Numbered from the stretch's first letter, positions 37,579-48,347 are shown. The stretch is DNA of 64,000 nucleotides from Candidatus Gottesmanbacteria bacterium RIFCSPLOWO2_01_FULL_43_11b (GCA_001780985.1 MFJV01000001.1:428049-492048), one strand, 5' to 3'. Numbers and translations: made by a program. Notes: generated by a model from the sequence alone, not told the origin.

Positions 37579-37992
37579 TCACTGTAACATGAGAGCATCG
37601 AGGGTTTGATTAACGAGGTGATCAGCACGGGTATTTTGTTCTCGGGGAATGTGATGGTAGAAAATCTTTCCGCCAACTTCAACCTCAAGTATTCGAATTT
37701 TTGTAAGCAACTCCCGCAGCGTCGGTTCTTTCACTTTAAATTTGCCATTAAGCTGATTAACAACCAAAGTGGAATCAATGAAAAATTGTATTTCGTTATT
37801 TTTCTTATCTGAATTTTTCAAATATCGCAACGCTTCCAACACCGCAGTATATTCTGCCACATTATTCGTCGCCTCCCCTATCTTTTTACCAAATTCCGCG
37901 GTTTTTTTTCCGTCTGCATCAATGACAATACCAATGGCAGCAGGACCTGGATTACCCCTCGCTCCCCCATCGGTATGAATAGTAATGTTCAT
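37579..37992 (-). CDS. rnhA: Ribonuclease HI
   Basis: IHTDGGARGNPGPAAIG, NNVAEYTAVLEALRYL, TRADHLVNQ. Start taken at MNITIH (ATGA overlap); the track extends to 38076. Confidence 0.8.
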   Translation of the reverse strand: MNITIHTDGGARGNPGPAAIGIVIDADGKKTAEFGKKIGEATNNVAEYTAVLEALRYLKNSDKKNNEIQFFIDSTLVVNQLNGKFKVKEPTLRELLTKIRILEVEVGGKIFYHHIPREQNTRADHLVNQTLDALMLQ

Positions 37993-39224
37993 GACAATTT
38001 TTTTGAAAACAATTCTTTCCTCAAAACAAATCCGGACAAAAGTAAAACTAATCCTTCCGAAATTATGGTAATCCATGCTGCGGCCATGTAGCCATAGTTA
38101 GGAATAAACCACAGGTTAAGCGCAATATTGAGAAGCATAGAGAATCCGTAGATAGCAACAAGCACTCCTTGTTTTCTCTGGGCGATCAATGCCCACATTG
38201 CTCCTGATGAAAGGAAAAAGAAAGGAAAACCCAGAATCAAAACGCGAAGAGCGGCAACACTCCCCGCAAAATCAGATCGTATGAGGGCGAGAAGAGGAGC
38301 AGCAAACCAAAAAACAAGGACGCTTGCAAGCGATGCTAAAAAAAGTACACTGCCTGTTTTTCTCAAAAAATTTATAAACGCGGGCGTTCCCACTTTTTGC
38401 ACAAGCAATGGGTACGTAGCGTTCATAAAAAATGTTGGCGCGACCAACACTGTTTCAAAAATTTTGTACGCCAATCCATAGATGCCAACTTCACTCGTTG
38501 GCCGGGTCAGAATGAGAATAAAATTATCTATCCGAAAGTAAATGAGGTTAAAAATAAGAGTCAAAGCCAACGGAATACTTTGAGACAAGAGTGTCAGCAT
38601 TTCTTTTGCGTTAAGGAATATAACGAAGGTTCCTTTTAATTTTTTTGCTGCGACGATAGCAGATATACCCGTAATAATCGTTCCGATAAGGAGAGCACTA
38701 ACAATCCCGGTTATGCCGACCGTATAACTTGTCTGTCGAAGAGCAATAAGACTTAATAAAAGAAAAACCGTAGATCCGGCAATAAGTGCGACAGTTGAAA
38801 GATCATAGCGTAACTTTTGTTGGAAGAACGCATTGGCTGATGTCAGAAGTCCCTGAAAAATAATTGCCGGAAGAAATATAACAATGCCGAAGCGTACAAA
38901 CTGTGTGTAGCCAGACATTGTTCCCTGTGGGAGAAAATTAAGAAGCGCGAGTGCAAAAAAGGTAATGAGTAGACTCAAAAAAAGTCGTAAAAATACGAGC
39001 GATTCCCACGGATATTTCTTTTGAAGAAAAACTGCATTCAGGCCAAAATCAGAAAGTAAGTAAAACGGCGCAATGTACGTTAGAATTTTTGTAAATTCAC
39101 CATATGCTGCTACGCCATACAACCGTGCAACAAAGATGTTTACCAGAAATATACTTCCCGTTGTTGCAATTTTTCCTACGATTTGGCTTCCCGTATTCCA
39201 CACGATGACACTACGCGTCGACAT
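37989..39224 (-). CDS. Polysaccharide biosynthesis protein / MOP-superfamily flippase (Wzx-like)
   Basis: 411 aa with ~12 TM helices. Confidence 0.5.
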   Translation of the reverse strand: MSTRSVIVWNTGSQIVGKIATTGSIFLVNIFVARLYGVAAYGEFTKILTYIAPFYLLSDFGLNAVFLQKKYPWESLVFLRLFLSLLITFFALALLNFLPQGTMSGYTQFVRFGIVIFLPAIIFQGLLTSANAFFQQKLRYDLSTVALIAGSTVFLLLSLIALRQTSYTVGITGIVSALLIGTIITGISAIVAAKKLKGTFVIFLNAKEMLTLLSQSIPLALTLIFNLIYFRIDNFILILTRPTSEVGIYGLAYKIFETVLVAPTFFMNATYPLLVQKVGTPAFINFLRKTGSVLFLASLASVLVFWFAAPLLALIRSDFAGSVAALRVLILGFPFFFLSSGAMWALIAQRKQGVLVAIYGFSMLLNIALNLWFIPNYGYMAAAWITIISEGLVLLLSGFVLRKELFSKKLS

Positions 39225-39229
39225 GGGAA

Positions 39230-40354
39230 TTATTGTAGCACAAGGAGAATCGTTAAAAGGAGTTGCCCTTGCTCAAGTGTAATAGGGTAGTGGTCAACGA
39301 AACCCAATAACAAAATCATGAATAATGAGATACGGATAATGAATGAGTTTTTCTTTTTAACAAAAGAATAGATTATCCAAATAAATAAACTCAAACCAAT
39401 AATACCTGTCTCGGTAAGAATAAGGAGGTAAATATTGTGCACGGGTTGGAGAAAATAAACCTCGCGGGATACTAAAAATTTCGGCAGTTCCACTAAAAAA
39501 TTTCCGAGTCCTACACCAAAAATTGGTGACGTTTTCCACATGGAGATTGCACTTGTATTGAGTTGTTGCCGAATTACGACCGATTCTTCATGCACATTAA
39601 ACTTAAAAGACAGAAAAAAAATAAAGATGAGTATGGGAAATAAAAACTTTCGTTTCATTATGCCAAAACCGACGAATGCGGCTATCCATGCACTCCGACT
39701 AAACGATAAAAAAAGGGCTGCTATACCGAGAATTAACGTTATATTTTTAAATGTTGAAGATCGAAGTTTGAAAAAAATGAAAAGGAGAGATGCTGCCAAA
39801 AATCCTCCCAGAACATTCGGATGGGGGAATGTAGCATAAGGTCGAAGAAATTCCCGTCCCCAACTAAATCTTGCAATTCCGGGTGTATCGGCGGCAAACG
39901 TTCGTTCACCCAAAATCCACAGTCCAATGGAGTGCTGAAAAATAAATTGAAAAATTGCAATTGTCGAACTATACAAAACACCGATCGAAAGAGGGTAGAT
40001 AATCGATGGCAACTTTGGTTTTGTTTTTATGACGTACCATCCCAAGCCAACAAATTCCAAAACCTTAATCCATTTGTAAATCGCAACCGGCTTACTTTGT
40101 GCAAAATAAATATTTACGATACTAAACAAAATGAAAACAATAAAAATTTTATTGATTTTCATTTTTTTTTGTTTTGTCTCAATAAACCAAAAGAATAAAA
40201 CAAGAAAAACCAAAATATCTGTCAAAAAAATAGTAGGGGAGAGGTAATCAACTCTTCTTCCTAAAACTATCGACCATTCAGGCCAAAAGTGGAAGCCGAG
40301 CTGTGTGGGCAGAAGTGTTAAAACTAAGAAGAATAACTTTTGATGAAACGCCAT
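39230..40354 (-). CDS. O-antigen ligase/polymerase-like polytopic membrane protein
   Basis: 374 aa, multi-TM with a large loop. Neighbours the flippase. Confidence 0.4.
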   Translation of the reverse strand: MAFHQKLFFLVLTLLPTQLGFHFWPEWSIVLGRRVDYLSPTIFLTDILVFLVLFFWFIETKQKKMKINKIFIVFILFSIVNIYFAQSKPVAIYKWIKVLEFVGLGWYVIKTKPKLPSIIYPLSIGVLYSSTIAIFQFIFQHSIGLWILGERTFAADTPGIARFSWGREFLRPYATFPHPNVLGGFLAASLLFIFFKLRSSTFKNITLILGIAALFLSFSRSAWIAAFVGFGIMKRKFLFPILIFIFFLSFKFNVHEESVVIRQQLNTSAISMWKTSPIFGVGLGNFLVELPKFLVSREVYFLQPVHNIYLLILTETGIIGLSLFIWIIYSFVKKKNSFIIRISLFMILLLGFVDHYPITLEQGQLLLTILLVLQ

Positions 40355-40803
40355 TACTTTGGTTTTACCACAAGTACGCGACTGTCGCCTTCACCGATAG
40401 ATTCTGTTGCAACACGATCGTCACCGGATAGCGTAAGATGGATAACCCGGCGCTCCGCTGCAGAGAGGCGAGTGAGCTCGACTGGTCGGCCGGAAGCAAG
40501 CGCTCGCTCCGCTGCCCGCTGGGCCATATACATCAAAGCTTCTTCTCGTTTTTCACGATAGTCACCAACGTTAACATAAACTTTCACCCACTCCTCAAGT
40601 TTTTTTGAAACCATAATGCTTAAGATTATTTGAAAGCTTTCGAGCGTTTTTCCGTGAAATCCAATGAGGAGTCCCGTTTCTTCCGTTTCGATATGTACGC
40701 GGTAAGCGCCAGTCTCGTCGATATCAACGCTTAGTGATCCAGAAATTTCCAGTTTCGAAAGCAATTCTTCTGTAATTTGTTTCACTTGATCAGTTTTTTC
40801 CAT
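40354..40803 (-). CDS. jag: Jag/KhpB RNA-binding protein (KH plus R3H)
   Basis: C-terminal R3H (ELTRLSAAERRVIHLTLSGDDRV). Conserved position next to yidC. Confidence 0.75.
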   Translation of the reverse strand: MEKTDQVKQITEELLSKLEISGSLSVDIDETGAYRVHIETEETGLLIGFHGKTLESFQIILSIMVSKKLEEWVKVYVNVGDYREKREEALMYMAQRAAERALASGRPVELTRLSAAERRVIHLTLSGDDRVATESIGEGDSRVLVVKPK

Positions 40804-40804
40804 A

Positions 40805-41620
40805 TTATTTCTCTCTATTTATTGAGAGTTGCTGTAGCATTCCCATGATACCAAAGATATTCCAGTAGAGAGCCAACCCTAATGGAAATTGATACGCAAA
40901 AAATCCAAACATAATAGGTGTCATAATCGCCATCTGTTTTTGCATCTCCGCTGCTGTATCCGTCTTTTTTTCTTCTTTGTTGTTTGTTGTGAGCCTGCCT
41001 GCCGGCGAGGCAGGTTGTTTGTTGTGAGTTGGCGAAGTCGGCATCATGAGCTTGGTCTGATACCACTGCAAAAGCCCGGTGAGAAGAGGGATAGAAAGCA
41101 GCCACCAACCATGCGTGGTCCATTGGCTGGGGCGGATACCTAAATTGATTCCGAAAAATGTGAGGTCGAGGGTTTGAAGTTTGAGAACCGGGTGGTAAAC
41201 GATTGTATTGATATCAGCAAGAAGTTTTTGGAGATCTCCGTTTTGGAGTACCTGGTAAAAAACGTTATAGAGCGCAATGAGAAACGGAAATTGAACAAGG
41301 AGCGGAAGGCACCCCGCCGCAGGATTGACGCCGTGTTGTTTGTAAAGCTCAAGTTGAGCTTTCTGAAGAGTTGTTTTGTCGTTTTTGTGTTTAACTGAAA
41401 GGGCGTCGAGGTGAGGTTTGAGGTTTTGCATTTTTTTGGCTGACCGAAGTTGGGCGCGCATGAGAGGGGAGAGAAGAAGACGAATGCTAATGGTCAATGC
41501 AATCACGGCAAAACCCAATGGCCCCGGCACGTGCAATGCTTCAAATGCCTTATAAAAGACAAGGAGAAGGTTAACAATCGGCCAGACAAGAAACTGGTTC
41601 CAAAATGTCGGATTCGTCAT
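40805..41620 (-). CDS. yidC: Membrane protein insertase YidC
   Basis: 60-kDa inner-membrane protein fold ([13 protein letters not shown]...[10 protein letters not shown]). Confidence 0.85.
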   Translation of the reverse strand: MTNPTFWNQFLVWPIVNLLLVFYKAFEALHVPGPLGFAVIALTISIRLLLSPLMRAQLRSAKKMQNLKPHLDALSVKHKNDKTTLQKAQLELYKQHGVNPAAGCLPLLVQFPFLIALYNVFYQVLQNGDLQKLLADINTIVYHPVLKLQTLDLTFFGINLGIRPSQWTTHGWWLLSIPLLTGLLQWYQTKLMMPTSPTHNKQPASPAGRLTTNNKEEKKTDTAAEMQKQMAIMTPIMFGFFAYQFPLGLALYWNIFGIMGMLQQLSINREK

Positions 41621-41877
41621 AAATTTGGCACTGGGTCAAAACCGCCTTTACTTAAGGGGTGACAACGGAGAATTCGCCTCAACCCCAAAATTGATCCTCT
41701 GATTATACCATAGCGCTCAATCGCTTGGTACGAATATTCGCTGCACGTGGGCTTAAACCGACACGCACTATCAACAAGCCACAGTGTTTTGAGAATACCG
41801 GTGCTAGGTGTCAGATAACGCTGATAGAAGCGTATTGTTTTGAGAATAAAATTTTTCATCTTTTTTTCGAGCGACAA
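41617..41877 (-). CDS. yidD: Membrane protein insertion efficiency factor YidD
   Basis: [13 protein letters not shown]...[19 protein letters not shown]. Confidence 0.8.
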   Translation of the reverse strand: MSLEKKMKNFILKTIRFYQRYLTPSTGILKTLWLVDSACRFKPTCSEYSYQAIERYGIIRGSILGLRRILRCHPLSKGGFDPVPNL

Positions 41878-42124
41878 TAATAATGTCTTTTCCCGATTGC
41901 AGTTGAGGCAATAAATTTCTTACCTTTTCGCGTAAGATTCTTTTTATTCTATTTCGCACTGTTGCACGTTTGTCGATTTTTGTTGAGACGATAAATCCAA
42001 AACGCGATACGTTCATATTATTTTCCAGAGTTATGATTTGCAACTCCTGTGTATGTAATCTTTTTCCTTTTTTAAACACTTCTTTGAACGCCTGAGTGGG
42101 TAAACGATGTGGTCGGGGGAGCAT
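41804..42124 (-). CDS. rnpA: RNase P protein component
   Basis: [14 protein letters not shown]...[28 protein letters not shown]. Confidence 0.8.
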   Translation of the reverse strand: MLPRPHRLPTQAFKEVFKKGKRLHTQELQIITLENNMNVSRFGFIVSTKIDKRATVRNRIKRILREKVRNLLPQLQSGKDIIIVARKKDEKFYSQNNTLLSALSDT

Positions 42125-42126
42125 GA

Positions 42127-42264
42127 TTAAATCGCGAGTTTTCGGCGGCCAATAAACCGTCTATTTTTCAAAACTTTTCGTCCATCATGAGATTTCATTC
42201 GCCTGCGGAAACCGTGTGTCCGTATTCGCTTTTTCTTTTTAGGTTGATATGTTCGCTTTGGCAT
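42127..42264 (-). CDS. rpmH: 50S ribosomal protein L34
   Basis: [32 protein letters not shown]. The track ORF carries a spurious N-terminal extension. Confidence 0.85.
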   Translation of the reverse strand: MPKRTYQPKKKKRIRTHGFRRRMKSHDGRKVLKNRRFIGRRKLAI

Positions 42265-42295
42265 ATGGGTAAGTATATCATATAATACCGACCGT

Positions 42296-43090
42296 ATGGA
42301 CAAAACAACGAGAGTTGCCATTGAAGCAGCAACCCAAGCGGGGAAACTTCTTCGTCGATTAGTTAAACAATCTCATCAAGAAAAAACTAAAGGACACGCG
42401 CATGATATCGTAACCGAAGCTGACATAGCCTCAAACAACCTCATTGCTCATATCATTCACCGTTCGTTTCCGAATCACACGATTTTATCTGAAGAGTCAA
42501 GTCCTACAATTGATCCCAAAAAACATGGACATCTCTGGATTGTTGACCCAATCGACGGCACGATTTCATTCGCTGCTGGTCTACCGTTTTACACAGTGTC
42601 GATCGCGTACGCTCACGACGGAGAAGTCGTCTCAAGCGCTTTATTTATGGCAGATACGAACGAAGTGCTGTGGGCCCAGAAGGGGGAGGGTGCATACGCT
42701 AATAAAAAACCGATTCACGTCAAAGACCTTCCGTGGGAAAAGTCTGTCGTCGGATTTGACCAAAGCATACGGAAGCGAAAAATTGCCATGGAGAAGCTTG
42801 CTCCGCCGCTCTCCCTCGAGGTTCGGTTTCTCCACATGAGCGCCGGTCAAGCATATATGACCGGCCAGGTGGCGAAGGGAAATTTCCAGGGAATGCTCTC
42901 TGTCTTTCCGTCCGTCTGGGACTTTGCTGCGGGAGTTCACCTTGTTCGTGAAGCCGGAGGGGTGGTCACAGACTTCCTGGGCCGCGACTATCCGCTGTTT
43001 ACCGAAGCCGGCCACATTGCCTGCACCCCCAGCGTCCTCCCGCACATCCTCAAACACACGAAAAAAGTAGCGAGATATTTCTTACATTAA
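42296..43090 (+). CDS. Inositol monophosphatase family protein (SuhB-like)
   Basis: WIVDPIDGT and WDFAAG motifs. Confidence 0.8.
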   Translation: MDKTTRVAIEAATQAGKLLRRLVKQSHQEKTKGHAHDIVTEADIASNNLIAHIIHRSFPNHTILSEESSPTIDPKKHGHLWIVDPIDGTISFAAGLPFYTVSIAYAHDGEVVSSALFMADTNEVLWAQKGEGAYANKKPIHVKDLPWEKSVVGFDQSIRKRKIAMEKLAPPLSLEVRFLHMSAGQAYMTGQVAKGNFQGMLSVFPSVWDFAAGVHLVREAGGVVTDFLGRDYPLFTEAGHIACTPSVLPHILKHTKKVARYFLH

Positions 43091-43774
43091 AAACTCCAGA
43101 ACTTTTTTATCCTCCAGAGATGAAACTATCAGATTTGGTGTGACGTCTTTAGGGACTTCGCTGTTTTGCCCTCCGGTTAAAATGAGGATGCTTTTGAGGC
43201 CGTTTTCCTTGGCGCTGCGCACATCGTGGACCGTATCGCCGATGATAACGATGTTATCGGGCAAAAATGCTGTACCAAAATGGCGTTTCGCTTTCTCAAA
43301 TACATAACTGGCTAACTCCACTCGATCGTTTGCTTCCCCTCCAAAAAGACCGAAAGAAAAATAATTTCTGATTCCTACATTATCAAGCTTCCACCATGCT
43401 CCTTCTTCAACATTTCCCGTAATAACGCCAAGATTAACACCCCGCTCGTAAAGGTTTTGGAGAAGTTCTTTTGCGCCCGGCGCAGTCGTATACGTAGGTT
43501 TGTGAAACTTGAAATACTCTAAAACTATCTCTCCGAATTTTGGAAATTTTTTCTCATATTCGTCTCTACTGACTCCTTTAGTCTTGACCATCTCCCACAC
43601 CTGGGCTTTATCTATCCAACCGTTGAAACTCATATAATCGTCAACCGTAAGGTTGAGGTCAACGTTGAAAAGCTTTTTTACTGCATACGGAAAACGCCAG
43701 AGAGACTCTTTGAGATTCCCAACTCTGTTTGTAAGCGTACCGTCAATATCGAAAAGAACGAGTAACTTTTTCAT
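43082..43774 (-). CDS. HAD-superfamily hydrolase
   Basis: LVLFDIDGTL motif I; IIGDTVHD motif IV. Confidence 0.7.
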   Translation of the reverse strand: MKKLLVLFDIDGTLTNRVGNLKESLWRFPYAVKKLFNVDLNLTVDDYMSFNGWIDKAQVWEMVKTKGVSRDEYEKKFPKFGEIVLEYFKFHKPTYTTAPGAKELLQNLYERGVNLGVITGNVEEGAWWKLDNVGIRNYFSFGLFGGEANDRVELASYVFEKAKRHFGTAFLPDNIVIIGDTVHDVRSAKENGLKSILILTGGQNSEVPKDVTPNLIVSSLEDKKVLEFLM

Positions 43775-44976
43775 CTTGCCAGTTTCCTCACCCAGTCTTT
43801 AAACTGATTCCCTCTATCTTCGTAGTCTTTAAAAAGATTGAAACTTGCTGAAGCAGGGGAGAGGAGACAAATTTTATTCTTCGGCGTATGCTTGTATGCT
43901 AATTTCACTGCTTCTTCCATACTCCGAACGAAAAATTTTTGTATAGACACATCTCTGCCAATTTTTTCACCGGTATCCGGAAATAAAATAAGTGTTTTGA
44001 CTGGATGTTTATTGAGATAATCTCTTAGTATTGTGTAATCCAATCCCCGGTCAAAACCACCGGCAATCAATGTCTCGACATCGCTTCCTAATGCACGAAG
44101 TGCATGAATTGTTGCTTCTGGAATAGTTGCCAAAGAATCATTAAAAAAACGAATTTTTTTATATTCGCCCACAAATTCTAATCGGTGAGGAAGTGGATGA
44201 AATGTACCAAGAGATTTTTTGATGGTATCACCAGAAATATCAAAATATTTCGCAACCGTAACTGCCGCCTGAATATTTGTGGTGTTTCCACGAAGCGTTG
44301 GCGCGGAAAATTTTGAATCAACAATAGGAATTTCTTTACCAAGGCTGGTTTCTGCGATTTTTTTAACAGTGGAGTGAAAAATAACAACATCTTTTTTTGT
44401 CTGAAAACGAATGATGTTGGTTTTAGCCCGTACGTATGCGTCGTAACTTGCGTAATAATCGAGGTGTTCGGGAACAATCGGGAGAAGAATGGCGATGTGC
44501 GGGCTATAGCGAATGTCTTCAAGTTGATGACTAGAAAGTTCAATAACAAATATTGTTTTGTTTGTTACTCCATCAAGGTGATCCAACATTGGGCTGCCAA
44601 TATTACCTACAAGCCGAACATCAGAAAATTTTTGTTTCAGTATGTGAGCAGTCAGGCTTGCAGTCGTGCTTTTACCTTTTGTTCCTGTAACTCCCATCGT
44701 TATTCCTTTACGCTGTGAGAAAAATATATTCGTCGCTGTGGTTATCCACCCACTGTTTTTTTTATAGTCTACAAGCTCCTGTAGTCTACTAGGAATCCCC
44801 GGAGAGCGGATAACGGTGTCATACTCATTGAGATGTTTAAGGTAATCTTTTCCGTCTTTTTGATCAGCGGTGTTGATTATAATATTTGGATAGTGCGCAG
44901 CGAGAAATCTCTTCACGCTCTGGCCTTCGCGTCCAAATCCAAGAATAAGAATCTTTTTGCCTCGAATTTCGTTCAT
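43771..44976 (-). CDS. murD: UDP-N-acetylmuramoylalanine--D-glutamate ligase
   Basis: KKILILGFGREGQS Rossmann N-domain; GVTGTKGKSTTASL P-loop. Confidence 0.8.
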   Translation of the reverse strand: MNEIRGKKILILGFGREGQSVKRFLAAHYPNIIINTADQKDGKDYLKHLNEYDTVIRSPGIPSRLQELVDYKKNSGWITTATNIFFSQRKGITMGVTGTKGKSTTASLTAHILKQKFSDVRLVGNIGSPMLDHLDGVTNKTIFVIELSSHQLEDIRYSPHIAILLPIVPEHLDYYASYDAYVRAKTNIIRFQTKKDVVIFHSTVKKIAETSLGKEIPIVDSKFSAPTLRGNTTNIQAAVTVAKYFDISGDTIKKSLGTFHPLPHRLEFVGEYKKIRFFNDSLATIPEATIHALRALGSDVETLIAGGFDRGLDYTILRDYLNKHPVKTLILFPDTGEKIGRDVSIQKFFVRSMEEAVKLAYKHTPKNKICLLSPASASFNLFKDYEDRGNQFKDWVRKLAR

Positions 44977-46289
44977 AAAATTTTTAGATATGCTTCCGGG
45001 ACGAAATGGTTGTTGTTTCGGGCAGAAAGAACCCTCTCATCAACCACCCCTATTTCTTTTTCGATATTAAGGAGATCTCTCGGCGGTTCTTTCCCCAAAC
45101 TTTGGTAACGCTTGATACTAAGCGTAACAGCAAGCTTTGCTTCATCAGTCGTCACGACACATTCAAATGGCTTATGTGAACCTAATCCGACAAGTTCTCT
45201 CACGAACCCAATAATTTCCGGCTTTGTGAAAAGGTCTCCACCAAAAATTGAAATCACCTGCTCATACGCAACAAAAGGAAAGAGCATGAGAAAGGTAGAA
45301 GCACACTTTGCGCACTTACCGCACCAGCTGTCGGTTTTTGATCCTACGTTACAACTTCGAAAAGAAGAAAAATACTGTGGAAACTCAGAAAACATTTTAC
45401 TAATCTGCAATTCGTTGAGTGGGCGAAGCAAGCTAAAATACTGGTATTTATCTGTTAAATATTTTTGCGCGTACTCGCGAAACATTTTTTCAAAGCGATA
45501 ACTTTTTGAATATTGGTGGTTAACTTCAACGCCATGAAACATCACGTTTCCCTCACTAGCGCTCGCTTCATTACTTACGATCACGTTTTCATATCCGTGA
45601 AGAACCGCGACGAACAATCCAAGAAAAGCTAAGTAAGCTGAGAATGGCGTGTGGCCGTTGAGGTACCCCATGTTATTAAGCTCCAAAAGTTTCGGGTCGA
45701 TGGTGCGCTTAACAATGATTGGATTGGTGAGACCCGCAATTTTTATAGCATCCAACGCCGCTCGTGTTGGATTGAGGACAAGTGGGCGGGTGGGGTGACC
45801 CGATTTTTTGAGGAGCTCCAGTGTAAGAGCCGAATCTTTTCCCCCGCCGACGAGGACGAGATCACGGGATAAAGGAGCTGGTATTACGTATTTCGTATTA
45901 GGGTTTAAAGACGAAGAAATACGAAGGAAATCTTTTTGCGTAAAATCAATGTTATTTTTGTAAAAAAATTCGCCTAGCCCGTTTAAAAATAAATCGTGCC
46001 AAAAGGTTATTTGTTCTTGATTCAGACTACCAGCCCTGACAACAAGCTCAACCGGGCACGCTGCTTTCCAGTAGCTAATGCATTCAACCATCCCCAGGTG
46101 GAACGCAAACAAATCAATAATTGACTTGTCTATTTTTGTTTCAATCGGAATTGTGAGTGTCGGGTGAAATATGATATCTGGTTCAAGCGTCAGCGAAAAC
46201 TGAATGCTCAGCTTACCACCCTCCTCTTTGACCTCAAACGATTCGTAGATAAAGCGGGGGTGCTTCCTTCGCAGCTCTGTGAAAGTCAT
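44973..46289 (-). CDS. PP-loop superfamily ATP pyrophosphatase with zinc ribbon; specificity unknown, possibly N-acetyl-sugar amidotransferase-like
   Basis: LVGGGKDS (SGGxDS-type PP-loop) near residue 150; CGKCAKC. Confidence 0.45.
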   Translation of the reverse strand: MTFTELRRKHPRFIYESFEVKEEGGKLSIQFSLTLEPDIIFHPTLTIPIETKIDKSIIDLFAFHLGMVECISYWKAACPVELVVRAGSLNQEQITFWHDLFLNGLGEFFYKNNIDFTQKDFLRISSSLNPNTKYVIPAPLSRDLVLVGGGKDSALTLELLKKSGHPTRPLVLNPTRAALDAIKIAGLTNPIIVKRTIDPKLLELNNMGYLNGHTPFSAYLAFLGLFVAVLHGYENVIVSNEASASEGNVMFHGVEVNHQYSKSYRFEKMFREYAQKYLTDKYQYFSLLRPLNELQISKMFSEFPQYFSSFRSCNVGSKTDSWCGKCAKCASTFLMLFPFVAYEQVISIFGGDLFTKPEIIGFVRELVGLGSHKPFECVVTTDEAKLAVTLSIKRYQSLGKEPPRDLLNIEKEIGVVDERVLSARNNNHFVPEAYLKIL

Positions 46290-46328
46290 AGGTCTATTGT
46301 AGCAGAAGAGCGTATCCTGAAGCTATAT

Positions 46329-46550
46329 TTATCGTTTTGATAAAAACGATTTTGGAGTTAAGGCTGACTGCTTGATGATTGAACGGAGCGTTCCTCGAGT
46401 TATTGTTTTCCCTGCGTGGTATGGTACGGTCACGTATCTGGTTCCTTTTCGTAACCGAATATGACTTCCTGAAGTACGAATTTTCTCAAATCCATGAGCA
46501 AAAAGAATGGTCAAAACCTCATGTGATCTAAGCGAAGGTAGCTTTGACAT
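46329..46550 (-). CDS. hicA: HicA mRNA interferase toxin
   Basis: GFEKIRTSGSHIRLRK...VTVPYHAGKTITRGTLRSIIKQ. Confidence 0.7.
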   Translation of the reverse strand: MSKLPSLRSHEVLTILFAHGFEKIRTSGSHIRLRKGTRYVTVPYHAGKTITRGTLRSIIKQSALTPKSFLSKR

Positions 46551-46836
46551 CTGGAGTAAGGGGAGAAGATTTTACTTCATGGGCGACGGTTATGAGAATT
46601 TCTTCAACAACAGCGCCCTTCGGCACTCGACGAGGTTTTTTATCCGAAGGAATAGATTCCCCTTCTTCCAATCGGGAAAGTACAACGAGCTCGAGAGCGT
46701 CCTGGGCCATAAATCGGGCTTCAGCAAGAGAATCGCCGCCAGTCGCCACCTCCGGAAGTGCCGGTACATCAACATAATAAGCATCCGGCTCATCACCTTC
46801 TGGAATAAACACTGTAGTAAACTTATAGAGTTTCAT
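46528..46836 (-). CDS. hicB: HicB antitoxin (UPF0150)
   Basis: MKLYKFTTVFIPEGDEPDAYYVDVPALP. Overlaps hicA. Confidence 0.65.
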   Translation of the reverse strand: MKLYKFTTVFIPEGDEPDAYYVDVPALPEVATGGDSLAEARFMAQDALELVVLSRLEEGESIPSDKKPRRVPKGAVVEEILITVAHEVKSSPLTPDVKATFA

Positions 46837-46972
46837 GTGCTCATAGTATACCACAATGGGTCTACATGGGCTTATTCTATTTTCATACGATTTTTTACTT
46901 TGACAACGAGCTTGGGGTCGTCTGCGATGCGTTTTTTGAAATGATTCTTAAATATCGGATGACGGTCAATAA

Positions 46973-47257
46973 TCATGAATGGAGATCTTTCATGAGCGCA
47001 TCGATCGAAGTAAAAGATTTTGTTTTAACACGTCCTGATTTTATGTCTTGAATCATCTTCTCATACCTACGCGCGGCGCGAGGGGAGAGTTGGGTGGGGG
47101 GTTCTTCAAATGTAATGTTAAGCTTGCTTGCGGCAAACTTATGAAGAAAAAGACGAATCGGTTCTTGAAGCGACGAAAAGCCAAGTTTTACCGCCATGGC
47201 AGCAGCTCGATTGCGGAGAGTTTTGTCAATAGGAACCTGGAGTATTGTCTTAGACAT
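46973..47257 (-). CDS. Orphan RelB/DinJ-like antitoxin
   Basis: 94 aa with no cognate toxin ORF downstream. Tandem 11-mer ATAATGGTTTG x2 (47267-47288) directly upstream. Confidence 0.4.
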   Translation of the reverse strand: MSKTILQVPIDKTLRNRAAAMAVKLGFSSLQEPIRLFLHKFAASKLNITFEEPPTQLSPRAARRYEKMIQDIKSGRVKTKSFTSIDALMKDLHS

Positions 47258-47421
47258 ATTATGATAATAATGGTTTGATAATGGTTTGTCAAATAATCAC
47301 TTTGTTCGATGCGTGACGAAACTCGCGGGTGAACAAACGGAAAAGCAATGCGATTGCTTGGAAAAACAACTGGATATCACCGATAACTTTTTTTGTCTGC
47401 GCATACGTAATTGAACACGCG

Positions 47422-48066
47422 TTAGATTGGGAGGACTGTTTTCAAATATGCGGTGACTTGTTTTTCCAAATATGATTTGATTTCTTCGGGGATATACGAC
47501 TCCTTCAAAAATACTGTCGGCACAATGGAAACATCGTCAAAATAAACCAATTGCCCCGTAAAAAGTCTGCTATTAAACTCGCTGCCGTATTTTTTTTCTG
47601 CGAGCGTTATGATCGCCCGCAAATCATAATAGCCCCATTTCATGAGAAAAAAGAGATCCACATAATCCCGCCATACGTTTCGCCGACCCAGAGTATGCGC
47701 CTTGTTTGCCGCAAGGTCATCAAGATGAAAAAGAGGAAGGCTACCGGTTGCAATTGGAGGGCGAAGCGGCACGTAGGGATAGGCGATGAACGTTATCTCC
47801 ACAGACTGGGGCGTGACGACGGTAAGCATGTCAGGTGTCTCCATCTTTTTTTGGGTATTCCGGCCGAATATACGGGCCGCAGTCCTGTAAAGCGACGCAG
47901 GAAGCTCCCTTTGGGTAAAGCAGTCGAAGTCGTAGGACTCACGATGGCCGATCTGAAGCATGATAGCGGTGCCACCCGCCAAGACAAACGGCGGGTGGAG
48001 AGCGGACAGTTTAGACCAAACTGTTTTGCGCGCGTTGTCGAATCGGTCCAAAAAAAGTTGTGACAT
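47422..48066 (-). CDS. AbiEii/AbiGii family nucleotidyltransferase toxin
   Basis: FVLAGGTAIMLQIGHRESYDFDCF N-terminal motif. Start uncertain; the track start at 48120 overlaps the upstream ORF. Confidence 0.6.
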   Translation of the reverse strand: MSQLFLDRFDNARKTVWSKLSALHPPFVLAGGTAIMLQIGHRESYDFDCFTQRELPASLYRTAARIFGRNTQKKMETPDMLTVVTPQSVEITFIAYPYVPLRPPIATGSLPLFHLDDLAANKAHTLGRRNVWRDYVDLFFLMKWGYYDLRAIITLAEKKYGSEFNSRLFTGQLVYFDDVSIVPTVFLKESYIPEEIKSYLEKQVTAYLKTVLPI

Positions 48067-48343
48067 ACGCTTCCTCATCGAGACTCCGGTCGTTAAGCGA
48101 CAGGAGCATGTTTTTGACAAAATAGTAGTCCCTTCTCGGATATTCTTTTGCCGGTTTGTGGATAAATGTATGGATAATGTCCTGTTTTCCGTAAGTGCGA
48201 AATAACCACCGAAGAGCAGAGAAGTCTCCTAAGCGCAATACTTGGTGGATGATATACTGTTTATCGCGGGCAAGATCTAATCGGTTGACATCAGTCGACC
48301 AGAGGATCGATTTGAGAAACTGGGGAACTGCCTGCATACACAT
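48011..48343 (-). CDS. Hypothetical protein, possible short AbiEi-like partner
   Basis: 110-aa ORF immediately upstream of and overlapping AbiEii; no motif recognised. Confidence 0.3.
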   Translation of the reverse strand: MCMQAVPQFLKSILWSTDVNRLDLARDKQYIIHQVLRLGDFSALRWLFRTYGKQDIIHTFIHKPAKEYPRRDYYFVKNMLLSLNDRSLDEEAYVTTFFGPIRQRAQNSLV

Positions 48344-48347
48344 TCTA

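Noticed and set aside
37993-38076. 28-aa extension on RNase HI and the similar extension on L34 (42265-42321)
   Set aside because: Conserved family N-termini (MNITIHTDGG; MPKRTYQP) begin at internal Met codons with ATGA coupling to upstream genes.
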